Origin: Eledone cirrhosa
Taxonomy: Eukaryota
NCBI GenBank assembly: GCA_964016885.1
Contig: OZ024740.1
Span: forward strand, 441,502,001 to 441,566,000
DNA: 64,000 bases
Reading direction: 5' to 3'
Positions 13,107 to 27,669 of the stretch are shown piece by piece. Each line of letters opens with the position of its first letter. Within the stretch, counting starts at the first letter, position 1. A program made the position numbers and the translations under genes. Below the pieces are notes generated by a model. The model was not told where the DNA came from, searched no databases, and was given only the letters and a program-made list of their open reading frames with translations.

Positions 13107-14061
13107 TAGACATGAAAAATGCGCAAGCTCAAAAGTGCCACAGAATGTTATAATAAACCTTCAAAAGTGTGGGACTAGAGTTGTTGCTAAAAAATATTGT
13201 AATCATTATATATCGTACATTCTGTGGCATCCTTTATACAAATAGCTTAAACCAACGAAGCCTTTATTTTTACGCTATTTCACTTAGTTAATTCTTAGAG
13301 TGTAACATATAAAAATATGATTTACAACTATAAAATAAATTAATTAATATAATAACAGAGCTGCGGAGCTGAAATTTAGGAAATAATGGAGTATCGGATC
13401 CTGAGTTGGAGCCAGTCAATTTTTGGCCGACTCCGCAGCCCTGTATAATACATTTCATATTAAAGTTATTAATAAACCTATTTTACACTTCATGCAAATT
13501 ACCACGAGATATTGATATTAGATATAAGATACAGCGCAATATCTACAGCTGTAAAAGTACGAAAGCGAAGTAATAATAAGTGGCTTAAGGTAATTCCAAT
13601 ATGAAAGTTTGTAGTGATAAAAATTTGATAATGCAATACGATTGTTAATATTATAGTTCTATGAAAATGTAACAATAGATAACTAAATTATTTTACTATT
13701 AGTATATTTAAGAAATTATCATTATAGATTTGATCGTTCATATAAGCATCATATTAAGTTTCAACACAATTATTTTGTTACTATGAGTATATGATAATAA
13801 TATTACGTAATTATTTATAGCTGTTATTACATTAAACATAGATGTATTTATTTTTATATGTTACACTCTAAGAATTAACTAAGTGAAATAGCGTAAAAAT
13901 AAAGGCTTCGTTGGTTTAAGCTATTTTTATAAAGGATGCCACAGAATGTACGATATATAATGATTACAATATTTTTTAGCAACAACTCTAGTCCCACACT
14001 TTTGAAGGTTTATTATAACATTCTGTGGCACTTTTGAGCTTGCGCATTTTTCATGTCTAGT
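13105..14061. repeat. 213-bp near-perfect inverted repeat (13105-13317 / 13849-14061)
   Basis: Arms are reverse complements with one mismatch seen; outer ends ACTAG / CTAGT. Confidence 0.93.
13356..13443. mobile_element. 88-bp hAT-type MITE
   Basis: TIRs cagagctgcggag / ctccgcagccctg; 8-bp flanks tataataa / tataatac (7 of 8 match). Confidence 0.75.
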
Positions 14062-14618
14062 TTAATATTTTTTTAAGGCAACGCTTGTAATAACTCTAGT
14101 TAAACAGGATATATATTAATAATAAATTATCGTTGTAATGTAATTAGATTATGTAATTGTTATTATAAATTATCTTATAAATATTAGTGTAAGATGTATA
14201 AAAATATTTTCAGACTTTTAATATAAACAACTACAAAAAACAATCAATATTAAATCAATATATTATACATAATAGAAAACATAAAATATACAATACAAAA
14301 ACAAAATATTTAAATACAATTGCAATTATCAGTGTATATACATTTTCTTTATATTCCCTGAGCAAATTAATAAGATTTGTTTTTATTGTACATAATTTGA
14401 TGACTTGTTGGAGTGTATTAAAAGATAGCAACAATTTGTGATTAAATTGTTATCTTAAGCAACTCACTTTTTAATAGTTGTTGGCTGAGCGAAATTGTAA
14501 AAGCCTATGAGCAAATATAAAAAAAAATACACAAACAACATTTCCTTGTGTTATTACAACATTAGATAAAATAATTGAGCAATGTCGTTATATTTTGCTC
14601 TTATTGCACATTAATAGT

Positions 14619-14785
14619 GTTTCTATTTTTCGGCACAAATCCATTACGGCAGTCCATTACTGGTACTTTATTTTATCGAATTAGTAAGTATGAAAGTCGA
14701 AGTTAACCTCGGCAGGATTTGAACTTAGAATGCAAAGGACCATAACAATACTGCAAAGCATGGTGTCTGACGCTCTACCAATACT
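14619..14785 (-). mobile_element. SINE copy
   Basis: ctggtactttattttatcga..gttaacctcggcaggatttgaac. Confidence 0.8.
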
Positions 14786-15178
14786 TGTGTTGAGCTGGTC
14801 ATTAATTTATGGTGGTCGTGCGTGGAGTAGAGCAATCGCTAGTTGAAATATTATGAACAAAACATTTTTATTTGCCGAAGAACATATTTTCAATACTGTT
14901 TGTGAATGTGACGAAGGAAATACATTCTGATATGGAACAGTGTACAAAGTGTGTCTGTGAATAACATAATGTTACCTCATGTTGTTGTCAAGACATAATG
15001 GATTTCGTATATCCAGTTAGAAGATGAAACCTAGCCATCTCGGATTAGTTATATTTCATGCCATGTGTAAACGTGTTTGAGGATAGCAAATTATGCGCGT
15101 TAATTATAATAATTAGTTAATAATATTACAAAATATACCTAATTAAACTCTTTGCTTGAAATTTTATCATTCTTCGTT

Positions 15179-15292
<114 letters not shown>

Positions 15293-16061
15293 TCTAGTCC
15301 TTCGCTCAAGATTAATCTATAAGTTTAGATGTTTGCCTTCGTTTAAGTAAATATTACAGTAAGATTTTTAATATAAACAACTACAAAAAACAATTAATAT
15401 TAAAACGAAAAAATTATCAATGATAAAAGAAGCGGATGCAACTTTTTTTTTTATAAAGTTATATTCCTGTTTCTTTAAAGAACATTTCATTTTTGTTCTA
15501 TTGTAGGCGAAATAATGCAATGGTTTAATAGGGAAGATATAACTTACGAATTATGTCTCTAACTGTGTAACGCTTTTTAAGTAGATAACTACAATTGAAA
15601 ATACTAAAGAAATGGAACCAACAATTCAATTTGAAAGTCGTCTAGTGACAGTGTATTTCTGGTACTTTATTTTATCGACCCCGTAACGATGAAAGGCAAA
15701 AATGCAAATGCTTAAAATTTAAATTGCCTTAATTCTATCGTCTGCTGTTTCATTAAAGGGAGATTATCGTCTGTATTTAATTCTATCGTCTACTGTTCCA
15801 CTAAACAGATATACCTCCACTATCGTCTCTATTTATACATTTTAACTTATAACTTATACACATTTGATTTGAAATATTTTATCTAGTCCCCCCTCTCAAT
15901 ATTATGATGATTTCTTTCGAATGAAACAGTTCTAGTCCTGTAGAAGCCATTTATATATATAATTGAACTGAGTTAAAAATTCACAATATTTATAATTAAA
16001 TAAGCTCATATATATATGTGTGTATTTATCTGTTTATTGTATTATATATAATGTGTGTATA

Positions 16062-16170
16062 TACAGGATGTCCCCCAAAAATATATACACACTTCAACAG
16101 CATTCTAATAACTATTGCCTGTACAGGTAATCAAAGTGTCAATCGAATGTTAGTTTCGTGTTTTAACAGT
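16062..16170. mobile_element. Tc1/mariner-like terminus fragment
   Basis: TA-CAGGATGTCCCCCAAAA resembles the TA-CAGGGTGTC terminus at 55831. Confidence 0.4.
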
Positions 16171-16692
16171 ACAAATTTACAATACACACATAAAACCAGT
16201 GTATATACATACATGAGTGTGTATACACATACATGAATGTGTATATACAATATATATGTATATATATATAGACACATATATTCACGGTGCAACGGTACAT
16301 TAAAATATAGATGCGGGAGAGGGGGGGGGTGTATATATAGGGGCGCTGGGGATAAAGGAGTGTAAAGCGTGTGTAATTGATATATTGAAGGAGAGGAGCG
16401 TGCAGCGATAGAGTAACAAATATATAGAGAGGGGGAGAGATGGTATTGAAGGGGAGGAGTGCAAAGCGAAAGAGTAAGAGATATATATAGAGACGGAACA
16501 GATAGAGAGAAACAGGCGTAAGTAACAGTGGAAGAGATATAGAGAGAGGTACTCTGATTGGTTGAAAATTAGCCAATGACATACGATCACCACCACCACG
16601 GCTATCCCCGAAAATTTTTTAAAGAAGCTAGGCATATATGTTAGAACACGAAAAGTGAACATTCTGTTGTTTAACACTTTTCGTGTTCTAAC

Positions 16693-16760
<68 letters not shown>

Positions 16761-16764
<4 letters not shown>

Positions 16765-18038
16765 GATAACAAGTTATCGTTATAGGTAATCCAGTTATAA
16801 AAACCAAACTACCTTCTATATTCTTTTAATTAATTGACAACCACTTTCCTAAACTTGACAAATACCATAAAATCTTTAATAGAAATACTATCAAAATATC
16901 TTACTCTACTGCAACCAACATAGAATCACACATACATAACATTAACTATAAAAGAATCTCTAATACAAATAGCCTGAAAACAAGCACCATCACACCAAAT
17001 GCAAAACACATACACATAACAACATCACAACCACACATACATCAACAAACCCAAATCTCAGCCCATACATAACAACATACAAAACAGTATCGTTGAACCG
17101 GCCCTAGGATGGCCTCAAAATGTAACTGTCACTTACCGGATAAGTGCCCACTACAAAATAGATGCCTTGAATCAAATATAGTGTACCTGTGTACTATAAA
17201 TTCAGGCAACTTAGCGTGGCACTACGGCGGGGGAGTTCAAAAAAAAGATGGTACGTCCACAGACACTCTATAAAGAACCGTAAACTAATGAATACAACAA
17301 CGCTCGCCAATAAAATCTGGCAGCTTAAAGATACAAACCAAGAATACATGATTAGCTGGTCTAAATTGTCGGGGGCAATGGCCTACAAAATTGGTATGTC
17401 CTACTGTAGACTTTGCAATATGGAATTATTCCATATTTTAAAATATGACAAAATGCTGCTTAACAGCAAAATTGAACGGTCAATTTACTGTAGACATAAA
17501 GCAGCAAATAAATTCGATAATTTCAAACCAAATTGATTCGACCCAACAATTCCATAATTCAAATTATACCACCTGAGTCTATTATAAGAACCCATTATCA
17601 TAATTGTTATTATTATTGTTATTAACTGTCAATGAATCAACATCATAACCTATTATATGTTCTCTCTTTCATTTTCTAACTTTCAATTTCTTTCCCTAAA
17701 TATATTTCATCTCTTACATTATAACCTATCGTATTATCTTCACTTCTAATATAACTTCCAATTTATTAATTTATTAATTTATTAATTTATTAATTTAACT
17801 AATACATATATGTATATATTTAATATTTTCATGTTTATACCATCATATCTTTATATTTTAACCACCAACACCACAACTATGTTCAACAATCATATTATGT
17901 TCATTTTCTTCGCACACATATCATTTTTTTTTACCATCTTCGCTATAACTTATTTATTATTATTCATTTATTATCATAATCTTTATTTTTTCTCTCTAAT
18001 TTTTCTTTTTCTTTATCTTTTTTCTTTATATTTTTTCT

Positions 18039-18089
<51 letters not shown>

Positions 18090-18360
18090 CTTTTTTCTCT
18101 CTATCTTTTTCCTTCTTTTTCCTTTTCTTTTTCTTTTTCTTTCTTTATTACTGATGTTGTAATTTGAATTTGTAAACGCTATGTATAATTTTATTCAGTT
18201 TTCTAATGATTTGGTTAAGCTAACATCGTATTTAAAATTGAGTGGCACAACTTGAAGTAATTAGCAATTTTAAGACAACTTAATCAATGAAACAATTGTT
18301 AATACTGTAAATAAAACCCTTCTTGTACTATTCCCCATGTAATTCTTCACTCTTTCACTA
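16761..18360 (+). mobile_element. 5'-truncated Naiad-type PLE (GIY-YIG region, frameshifted) between (TA)n tracts
   Basis: YHKIFNRNTIKISYS, KCNCHLPDKCPL, TTLANKIWQLK, CRLCNME, CRHK; HHR near the 3' end. Confidence 0.88.
18196..18307 (+). ncRNA. Hammerhead motif with long stem II (core G5 changed to A)
   Basis: CAGTTTT-CTAATGA-tTTGGTTAAG...CTTAATCAAt-GAAA-CAATTG-TT-AATACTG. Confidence 0.7.
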
Positions 18361-18414
18361 TATATATATATCAATGATATTAATAAATGGAAACTATCTT
18401 TATAAAACCATATT

Positions 18415-18475
18415 TATTTTATTATATATATTTCAAGGGTACCAAAATTTTGGTAAGCTCTCATCAGATAAAATA
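18415..18475 (-). ncRNA. Intact type I hammerhead in an isolated PLE tail (18370-18540)
   Basis: TATTTTAT-CTGATGA-GAGcttaccaaaattttggtaccCTT-GAAA-TATATA-TA-ATAAAATA; same family as 31691-31754. Confidence 0.85.
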
Positions 18476-18537
18476 CAAAAGTTGCTTTATAAATATTGAC
18501 ATATCCCAAAAAACAAGAACTTATCGTTTTAAGTTCA

Positions 18538-18636
<99 letters not shown>

Positions 18637-19036
18637 AGTTTGAAGTTTCAAACTTATAATTCTATATAGCTCTGGTTAATGATTCTTTATTTAATTCATT
18701 CATCATCGAGCCAATTTCAGTTGAAGGTGGGCTACTCTCATATGTGTATCTGTGACTATGTATAAATATATGTGTTTCCTCTGACTTTGTTTATATAATA
18801 TATATATTTATGAAACAACAGAAGGCCGGACTGGAAAATTTGTTTTAGAAATTTAATTCCACGAAATCACTATACATATTTCGATAGCCCAGCTCCATCA
18901 TCCATTCATGATGCAATACAGGACGATCTCATCAGGTGTCATACACATAATTACTTAACAGGGTTACGTTGAACACAAACTTATAATGGAAGATAAAGAA
19001 AAGAAAATGTTGGTATGAGGCACACACACAGATATA

Positions 19037-19093
<57 letters not shown>

Positions 19094-19100
<7 letters not shown>

Positions 19101-19394
19101 AAAAAGAGATGAAATCGAAAATGCAACTGGAGTCTTATTTTTTTTTTAAATATATATTTATTTGGTTCCTTTACCGGTTTCGCAGTTCTTCTGCTTTTCA
19201 AAAGGTGAGTTGAGATGGAGGGTCTGTGGTTTTTCTCACATCAGATGTGAGAAAAACCACAGACCCTCCATCTCAACTCACCTTTTGAAAAGCAGAAGAA
19301 CTGCGAAACCGGTAAAGGAACCAAATAAATATATATATTTAAAAAAAAAATAAGACTCCAGTTGCATTTTCGATTTCATCTCTTTTTCTTTATA
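19094..19394. repeat. About 300-bp palindrome containing an HHR 3' half
   Basis: Centre cacatc-a-gatgtg at 19243; arms carry gcGAAA-CCGG-TA-aagg. Confidence 0.93.
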
Positions 19395-19450
19395 CTTTCA
19401 CTCGTGTAGGGCACCTCGGTTATTTTTCATTTTGTAAAAAAAACCCTCAC

Positions 19451-19529
<79 letters not shown>

Positions 19530-19649
19530 TATTCATTAGTTAAGCAAAGCAAGACCACAAATTTCACAAGGAAGATATTATTAAAAGATTGTCAACATAT
19601 TTTAGTTTGATGTAAGGAATGTAGAGAATAATAATAATAAAATTAATAA

Positions 19650-19810
19650 TAATTGTTTCTACTTTTGGCACAAGGCCAGCTGGTACTTTATTTTATCGAC
19701 CCCGTAAGGATGAAAGGCAAAGTTAACCTCGGCGGGATTTGAACTCAGACCGTAAAGGGACATAACTATGCTGGAAAGCATGGCGTCCGACTCTCTACTG
19801 ATACTGCCAA
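19650..19810 (-). mobile_element. SINE inserted in the (AAT)n of the left IR arm
   Basis: High similarity to 8083-8270. Confidence 0.85.
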
Positions 19811-20060
19811 TAATAATAATGTCCGTTTACAATTGTTTCGCTACTCCATATAATATTTCTCCATAGGCAGATCTCACACGATGCAGCCTCGACAGATGAA
19901 TACTGCTTGATTATGGCTGACAACTGATGCAACCAACACACCATAGTAAAAACCAATATATGGAACATTATATTATGTAACATTATATTATGTAACATTA
20001 TATTATGTAACATTATATTATGTAACATTCTCTCATTATTTTAATTTATATTCCTTTGAA

Positions 20061-20180
20061 GTTCCGATGAGCCGCTCTGTCTTTTAAATATGTTAATTAT
20101 TTTCAACTGAACCAGATCAATTATGATATATAGTCATCTGATCCAGAAATATCATATGGAGTAGCGAAACAATTGTAAAC
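20061..20180 (+). ncRNA. Type I hammerhead with about 95-nt stem II region
   Basis: GTT-CCGATGA-GCCGCTCTGT...ATGGAGTAGC-GAAA-CAATTG-TA-AAC. Confidence 0.78.
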
Positions 20181-21218
20181 GGACATTATTATTATTAATA
20201 TTATTATTATTATTCTCTACATTCCTTACATCAAACTAAAATATGTTGACAATCTTTTAATAATATCTTCCTTGTGAAATTTGTGGTCTTGCTTTGCTTA
20301 ACTAATGAATATTTCCAGCTCTGCGCACCTAACTTCTGCATGAACCCAGCCACCTAGCTGCTTTCTACTGCATATTGCACATTGAGCACACGCCTTTACG
20401 CTCTGGCTTCTAACTAATTCACCAATCTCTCCTCTCATATCTCCTCTCCTATCTCCATCTCTCTCTCTTTAAGATTGGTTACTCTTGAACTGTGTATATA
20501 CACATATATATATATACAGTGGCGGAGTGGGTCTAAAAATATTGGTTGCTAGGAGATGAAGGGGGGCCCACCTACATATAAAATGCTATCATTTAATTTT
20601 TGCGGAAAAATATCTTACCTTCTCCAATAAAGTATATTATGTATTTTACAAAATCAAAGAGACTTTCAATAATGACCAGAGTCGATCCTAAATATTACTA
20701 ATAACTCTAGGAAAGCCACGAATGACACCGCATCTTTTTTAACTTTGATTTTGAAAGTAGGTTTATAATTATCAATTTCCATTTTACTTTCGTAGCTGTC
20801 TCGGTGGCCTAGTTGGGGGAATCATAGACGATGGTGATCCTAGTCGGGAGTAGGGTTCCCAGTAAACATTTTCATTTTTTTTCTACAGGTTGTAAAATAA
20901 AAACTGAAAAAGGTTACATGAACCCAAGGTCAGGATCTCCACCGTCTCTGGTACCTACCGCTAGGCCACAGAGACAACTACGAAAATCTTATGAAAATTC
21001 ATACTTATAAACCTACTTTCAAAATTTTCAAAACAAAGTGTTGTGGTGTCGTTCATGTCTTTCTTAATGTTATTGCACCTACTTAAGGTCGACTTCTAAA
21101 TCATTTGGGTGTTCAATAAACTACATCCTCGTTTTCTTTCACATCTATCTAGACTATATTTTAACCTGTAATCCATGTTTCATTTCTGTTCCACCTAATT
21201 TCTCCCCCACCCCCTCTC

Positions 21219-21251
<33 letters not shown>

Positions 21252-21342
21252 TTTTGTGATATTTGAATCTACTATGATTAGGACTTACTTTATTCATATA
21301 TATATGTTTTTACATGTCAGATTCAAACTTACAATGATTGGC

Positions 21343-21477
<135 letters not shown>

Positions 21478-22425
21478 AGGAGGTGAGTAATATTGTAGAA
21501 CAATAAAACTATGTATATATCAGATAAGTAGCACTCAACAGTTGGTAGAACTGGAGTATATATAAAGAAGAAATTAAAAGATGGTTAAACAAGTTCCATA
21601 TATTTTGTCCCAATTTTTGTCCCAGGATGATGTTGTTTTCGAAATGCGCATAATAAAATATATGGAACTTTTTTAACTATCTTTTAATTTCTACTTTCCG
21701 AATTGTTGGTGTCTAAGGCTGTGATGTTCTGCGATGTGTTAGTATAGAATGTGTCGACTATTATAAGATGTTTATATCATTATATGTTTATATTATCTGC
21801 TATAATAACCAGTACTGAAGAATTGTTCCAGTAGATGAACGTGAAACCATATTTTGTCACTTGAATTCCAGTTTCAGCAGATTTCTATTGCGACAATAAC
21901 ACAACACTGAAGAATACAATACTAATATCTTTTAACACTACAAGCTTTCATATTATTTCAATTATTGATCTAGCAAGTTAAATTTTTCCATACAAAACCA
22001 CTTAAAGTCGTCCCAAAGTTTTATATAATTTTATGTAAGAACCTTTATTAAGTTATGTTCCAAACAGCAATCTAATAACGAGAAAGTCAGTTATATTACT
22101 AAATACCTTCAAATTCTTTATTAATTTGAAAATTATTCCCAAATGAAGGCAGTGTCTTTCATTAGAATTGTAGCAACAAAAGAAATAATTGTCTCCAGGA
22201 GATTCTTCATATCTTTTCTATCTTTTTCTTGTTTTACATTCTTATTTCTTCTCTTTATTAGTTACTAATACTGAAAGAAGATCGAACTGAAAAAAGATCG
22301 AACTCTTGGAATTCCAACCGAAATCAGAGCTCCCATCCAACAAACTCCCAGTAATATATGTGTCTGCGTGTATATGTATATATACACATATATATGTGTG
22401 TGTATGTGTATATATATATATATAT

Positions 22426-22556
<131 letters not shown>

Positions 22557-22857
22557 GTGTGTGTGTTGTGTGTGTGTGTGTGTATGAGTATGTGTGTGAC
22601 ATCACCACACCATGTTACTCTTCAGTCAGTATAGTGAAGTATACTAACAGTATATGTAACCATGCTGTGCTTATAGCAACATAGAAGTTCTAGAGAAATA
22701 TTCCACATAATTCACACGTGGATGAGCTAATTTGCATATTGGTATTTGTTTAGCAACCGTTAAGACATGACTAATGCACCAACACAGCAGGAAGACTGGA
22801 GAGGTTTCGTTTTTGGAAATCTGTGTACAGGAGGATTTTAATACGGGTACAATATTA

Positions 22858-23036
22858 GTAGTAGTGGTGGTAGTGGTGATGGTAGTGGTGCTGGTGGTGG
22901 TGCTGGTGGTAGTGGTGGTGGTGGTGGTGGTGCAGGTCCAGGTGGGGTGGGGGTGGTATGGTGGTGGTGTAGGTGGTGGTGATGGTGGTGGTGGTAGTGG
23001 TGGTAGTGGTGGTGATGGTGGTGGTGGTGGTGGTGG

Positions 23037-23067
<31 letters not shown>

Positions 23068-24605
23068 GGTGGTGGTGGTGGTGGTATGGTGGTGGTGTAG
23101 GTGGTGGTGGTGGTGCAGGTGGTGGTGGTGTTGGTGGTATGGTGGTGGTGGTCGTGATGGTGGTGGTGGTGGTGGTGGTGGTGGTGGTGGTGGTGGTGGT
23201 AGTGGTGTTGGTGATGATGGTGGTGATGATGGTGATGGTGGTGGTGGTGGTGGTGGTGGTGGTGGTGGTGGTGGTGGTGGTGGTGTAGGTGGTGGTGATG
23301 GTGGTGGTGGTGGTGGTGCAGGTGGTGGTGGTGTTGGTGGTATGGTGGTGGTGGTGGTGGTGGTGGTAGTGGTGGTGGTGGTGGTGGTGGTGGTAGTGGT
23401 GTTGGTGATGATGGTGGTGATGATGGTGATGGTGGTGGTGGTGGTGGTGGTGGTGGTGGTGGTGGTGGTGGTGGTGGTGGTAGTGGTGTTGGTGATGATG
23501 GTGGTGATGATGGTGATGGTGGTGGTGGTGGTGGTGGTGGTGGTGGTGGTGGTGGTGGTGGTGGTGTAGGTGGTGGTGATGGTGGTGGTGGTAGTGGTGG
23601 TGGTGGTGGTATATGGTGGGGTAGGTGGTGGTGATGGTGGTAGTGGTGGTACTAGTGGTGTTGGTGGTGGTGGTGGTGGTAGTGGTGTTGGTGATGATGG
23701 TGGTGATGATGGTGATGGTGGTGGTGGTGGTGGTGGTGATGGTGGTGGTGGTGGTGGTGGTGGTGGTGGTGGTGGTGGTGTAGGTGGTGGTGGTGTTGGT
23801 GGTGGTGGTGGTGGCGGTGGTGGTGGTGGTGGTGGTGGTGGTGGTGGTGGTGGTGGTGGTGGTGGTGGTGGTGGTGCAGGTGGTGGTGGTGGTGGTGGTA
23901 TGGTGGTGGTGTAGGTGGTGGTTGTGGTGGTGGTGATGCAGGTGGTGGTGGTGGTGGTGGTATGGTGGTGGTGGTGGTGATGGTGGTGGTGGTGGTGGTA
24001 GTGGTGGTGGTGGTGGTGGTGGTGGTAGTGGTGTTGGTGATGATGGTGGTGATGATGGTGGTGGTGGTGGTGGTGGTGGTGGTGGTGGTGGTGGTGTAGG
24101 TGGTGGTGGTGGTGGTGGTGGTGGTGGTGGTGGTGGTGGTGGTGGTGGTGGTGGTGGTGGTGGTGGTGGTGGTGGTGGTGGTGTAGGTGGTGGTGATGGT
24201 GGTGGTGGTAGTGGTGGTGGTGGTGGTATGTGGTGGGGTAGGTGGTGGTGATGGTGGTAGTGGTGGTACTAGTGCAGGTGGTGGTGGTATGTGGTGGGGT
24301 AGGTGGTGGTGATGGTGGTAGTGGTGGTGGTGGTGGTGCAGGTGGTGGTTGTGGTGGTATGGTGGTGGTTGTGGTGGTGGTGATGGTGGTGGTGGTGTTG
24401 GTGATGATGGTGGTAGCGGGGGTAGTGGAGGGTGGGGGGTAGTGCGGGGTGGTGGGGTGTTGCTGCTGCTGCTGCTGCTGCTGTACTACTAATATTGTCG
24501 TAGTTGTTGTTCATGTCATCATCATCATCTTCAAGATAATCGTCATTATTATTTTGCTTTTGCTTTCCTTACCACCACTACCACTACTACTACCACTACT
24601 ACTAG

Positions 24606-24665
<60 letters not shown>

Positions 24666-25196
24666 TACTACTACTAGTACTACCACCACTACTAGTACTC
24701 TTACTACTACTACTACTACTAATACTACTACTATTACAACTACTATTACAATTACTATTACAAGTACTACTACCACCACCACCACTACTACTACCACTAC
24801 TCCCACTACTACTACCACCACCACTACTACTACAACTACTACCACTATTACGACCACTACCGCCACCACCACTACCACTACAACTACTACTACAACTAGT
24901 ACTGCCACCAGAACCACTACTACCACCACTACCACCATCGCCACAACTACTACTACTACTACTACTACAACTGCTGCTGCTACTGTTGTTCCTCCAGTTT
25001 TTTACCATTTCCTAAAGAACATTCTACTCTTCCACATCGCTATTGCCTGTAGCCTTTGTTGTGATATAAGCCGGCAGCTGATCCCCGGAGATACTACAAC
25101 AACTACAACAACAACAACAACGACGACGACTACAACGACGACTACAACAACACCTACAACAACAACGACACCACCACCACCACCACCACCACCAAG
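22858..25196. repeat. Compound triplet microsatellite field: (GGT)n, then (ACT/ACC/ACA)n
   Basis: Seen directly. Confidence 0.95.
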
Positions 25197-26625
25197 AAAG
25201 AAAGTGGTGGTATTTGCTGAGATGAAATTAAAAATTCGACCACTCACTTATTCGACACTCAAGTATTTTTTCTTGTGTAGCCCTCCTACACACACACACA
25301 CACATACACACATATATATATATATATATATATACATATATATATACACATATACATACATATATATATATATGCATACATATATATATATATGCATACA
25401 TATATATATATATATATATATGGAGGAGGTTATAGTTCACTTGAAGCATTGTGTAATGAGGTATAAACGTTAGAATATGTGTAATAAGGCCAAGACAATG
25501 CAGATATGGACATAGAAAAAGAATGCAATAGTGAGAGATATTGGTGAGAATTAGTCTTTCACCTTGAATTTATTTAAATGTCCTTAATTTTCGAGATAAT
25601 ATCTCTTCTTCGGAGGGAAGTAAAAGTCTCAGACCAGCGTCTAGATTTCCAATGAAGCCATGCTGACCGGAAATAGTATAGAGTTCTAACTTTAATATCA
25701 AAGAATTAAAATTAGGTGGGTAAAGAGTAGTCTCCCTTTAAGAGGGGTTTGTTTATGTTTTTGTTGTGTTATGTAAATTTTATATGCGTGCCTGTATATG
25801 TGTGTGGGAGAAAGCATGAAGGTGTAGGTATGTGTGTGTGTGTGAGTGTGGGAAGATAGGTCTAATCGTAAAAGTGGGGGGTAGGTGTTATCTGGTGTTA
25901 GAACTGGTTTTGTGTGTGTATGTGTGAGAGAGAATAAGTGGGGGTGTGTGCGTGCGTGTGTGTGGGGTGTGTAAAGTGGGGCTAGAGGCCCTATCAGGTT
26001 ATAAATTGGGTGTTGAGCTCTAGTCTATTATTGATTGGTGGATGTGTTCTATCTATAATGAGTGCTTCCTTGATTCTAAGATTACCGAGGTTTCTTTCTT
26101 TAGTTTCTATCCTAACTGTTATGTTTTTATCAGTGTTTTTGCATTTAACTAGGTGTTTCTTAAATGAGGAAGCGTTAGTATTGAGGTGTTCTTTTATTCT
26201 TATGTGGAGTGGTCTGGTGGTGCTACCTACGTAGAAGTTGTTGCATTTGTCACACTCTAGTCTGTAAACTACGTAAGCCTGGTGGCATAGGTCTGTGTCG
26301 TTGATGGGGCAGTTGGCTAGTCTGCAGCAGTTGTCATGTCTGGTGGAGTGTCTCTTAGCTAGCCGTCCACGCAAAGAAGGACCCGAATGGGCCAGTTGAA
26401 TATCCAGACCTTCTCGTCTGATGGCTCTGCGGATGGCTGTTGTTGTTTCTTCACTGAAGTGTGGGAGCTTCAGGAAGCAAGTGTTAGTGCCTCGGGTGTG
26501 GTGTCCTCTGTTCTTTCTGGCACGGTTTGTGGTGGATGTCGTGTATCCGTTCAGTTTGAGTACTTCCAGGAAATGTGTGGTGTGTGTGTCTCGGTCTCTG
26601 GCGTCGGTGCATTTGTTCTTGATAC

Positions 26626-27257
26626 GTATCAAGAACAAATGCACCGACGCCAGAGACCGAGACACACACACCACACATTTCCTGGAAGTACTCAAACTGA
26701 ACGGATACACGACATCCACCACAAACCGTGCCAGAAAGAACAGAGGACACCACACCCGAGGCACTAACACTTGCTTCCTGAAGCTCCCACACTTCAGTGA
26801 AGAAACAACAACAGCCATCCGCAGAGCCATCAGACGAGAAGGTCTGGATATTCAACTGGCCCATTCGGGTCCTTCTTTGCGTGGACGGCTAGCTAAGAGA
26901 CACTCCACCAGACATGACAACTGCTGCAGACTAGCCAACTGCCCCATCAACGACACAGACCTATGCCACCAGGCTTACGTAGTTTACAGACTAGAGTGTG
27001 ACAAATGCAACAACTTCTACGTAGGTAGCACCACCAGACCACTCCACATAAGAATAAAAGAACACCTCAATACTAACGCTTCCTCATTTAAGAAACACCT
27101 AGTTAAATGCAAAAACACTGATAAAAACATAACAGTTAGGATAGAAACTAAAGAAAGAAACCTCGGTAATCTTAGAATCAAGGAAGCACTCATTATAGAT
27201 AGAACACATCCACCAATCAATAATAGACTAGAGCTCAACACCCAATTTATAACCTGA
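26626..27257 (+). pseudogene. PLE GIY-YIG endonuclease C-terminal region (mirror copy at 25994-26625, minus strand)
   Basis: C..CP..C, VVYRLECDKCNNFYVGSTTRPLHIRIKEH, LRIKEALII..PPINNR. Confidence 0.9.
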
Positions 27258-27634
27258 TAGGGCCTCTAGCCCCACTTTACACACCCCACACACACGCACG
27301 CACACACCCCCACTTATTCTCTCTCACACATACGCACACAAAACCAGTTCTAACACCAGATAACACCTACCCCCCACTTTTACGATTAGACCTATCTTCC
27401 CACACTCACACACACACACATACCTACACCTTCATGCTTTCTCCCACACACATATACAGGCACGCATATAAAATTTACATAACACAACAAAAACATAAAC
27501 AAACCCCTCTTAAAGGGAGACTACTCTTTACCCACCAAATTTTAATTCTTTGATATTAAAGTTAGAACTCTATACTATTTCCGGTCAGCATGGCTTCATT
27601 GGAAATTTAGACGCTGGTCTGAGACTTTTACTTC

Positions 27635-27669
27635 CCTCCGAAGAAGAGATATTATCTCGAAAATTAAGG
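27635..27669 (+). ncRNA. Minimal hammerhead motif (mirror at 25582-25616, minus strand)
   Basis: CCT-CCGAAGA-A-GAGAT att ATCTC-GAAA-AT-TA-AGG; palindromic AATT stem III. Confidence 0.7.

Larger units (their letters stand above)
19529..20312. repeat. Inverted repeat of an HHR-bearing tail; left arm interrupted by a SINE
   Basis: 19529-19640 plus 19809-19860 are reverse complements of 20145-20312. Confidence 0.9.

Noticed and set aside
26421-26625. N-terminus of the 278-aa ORF present on both strands
   Set aside because: Antisense read-through of the opposite palindrome arm; only the part after the centre is genuine PLE protein
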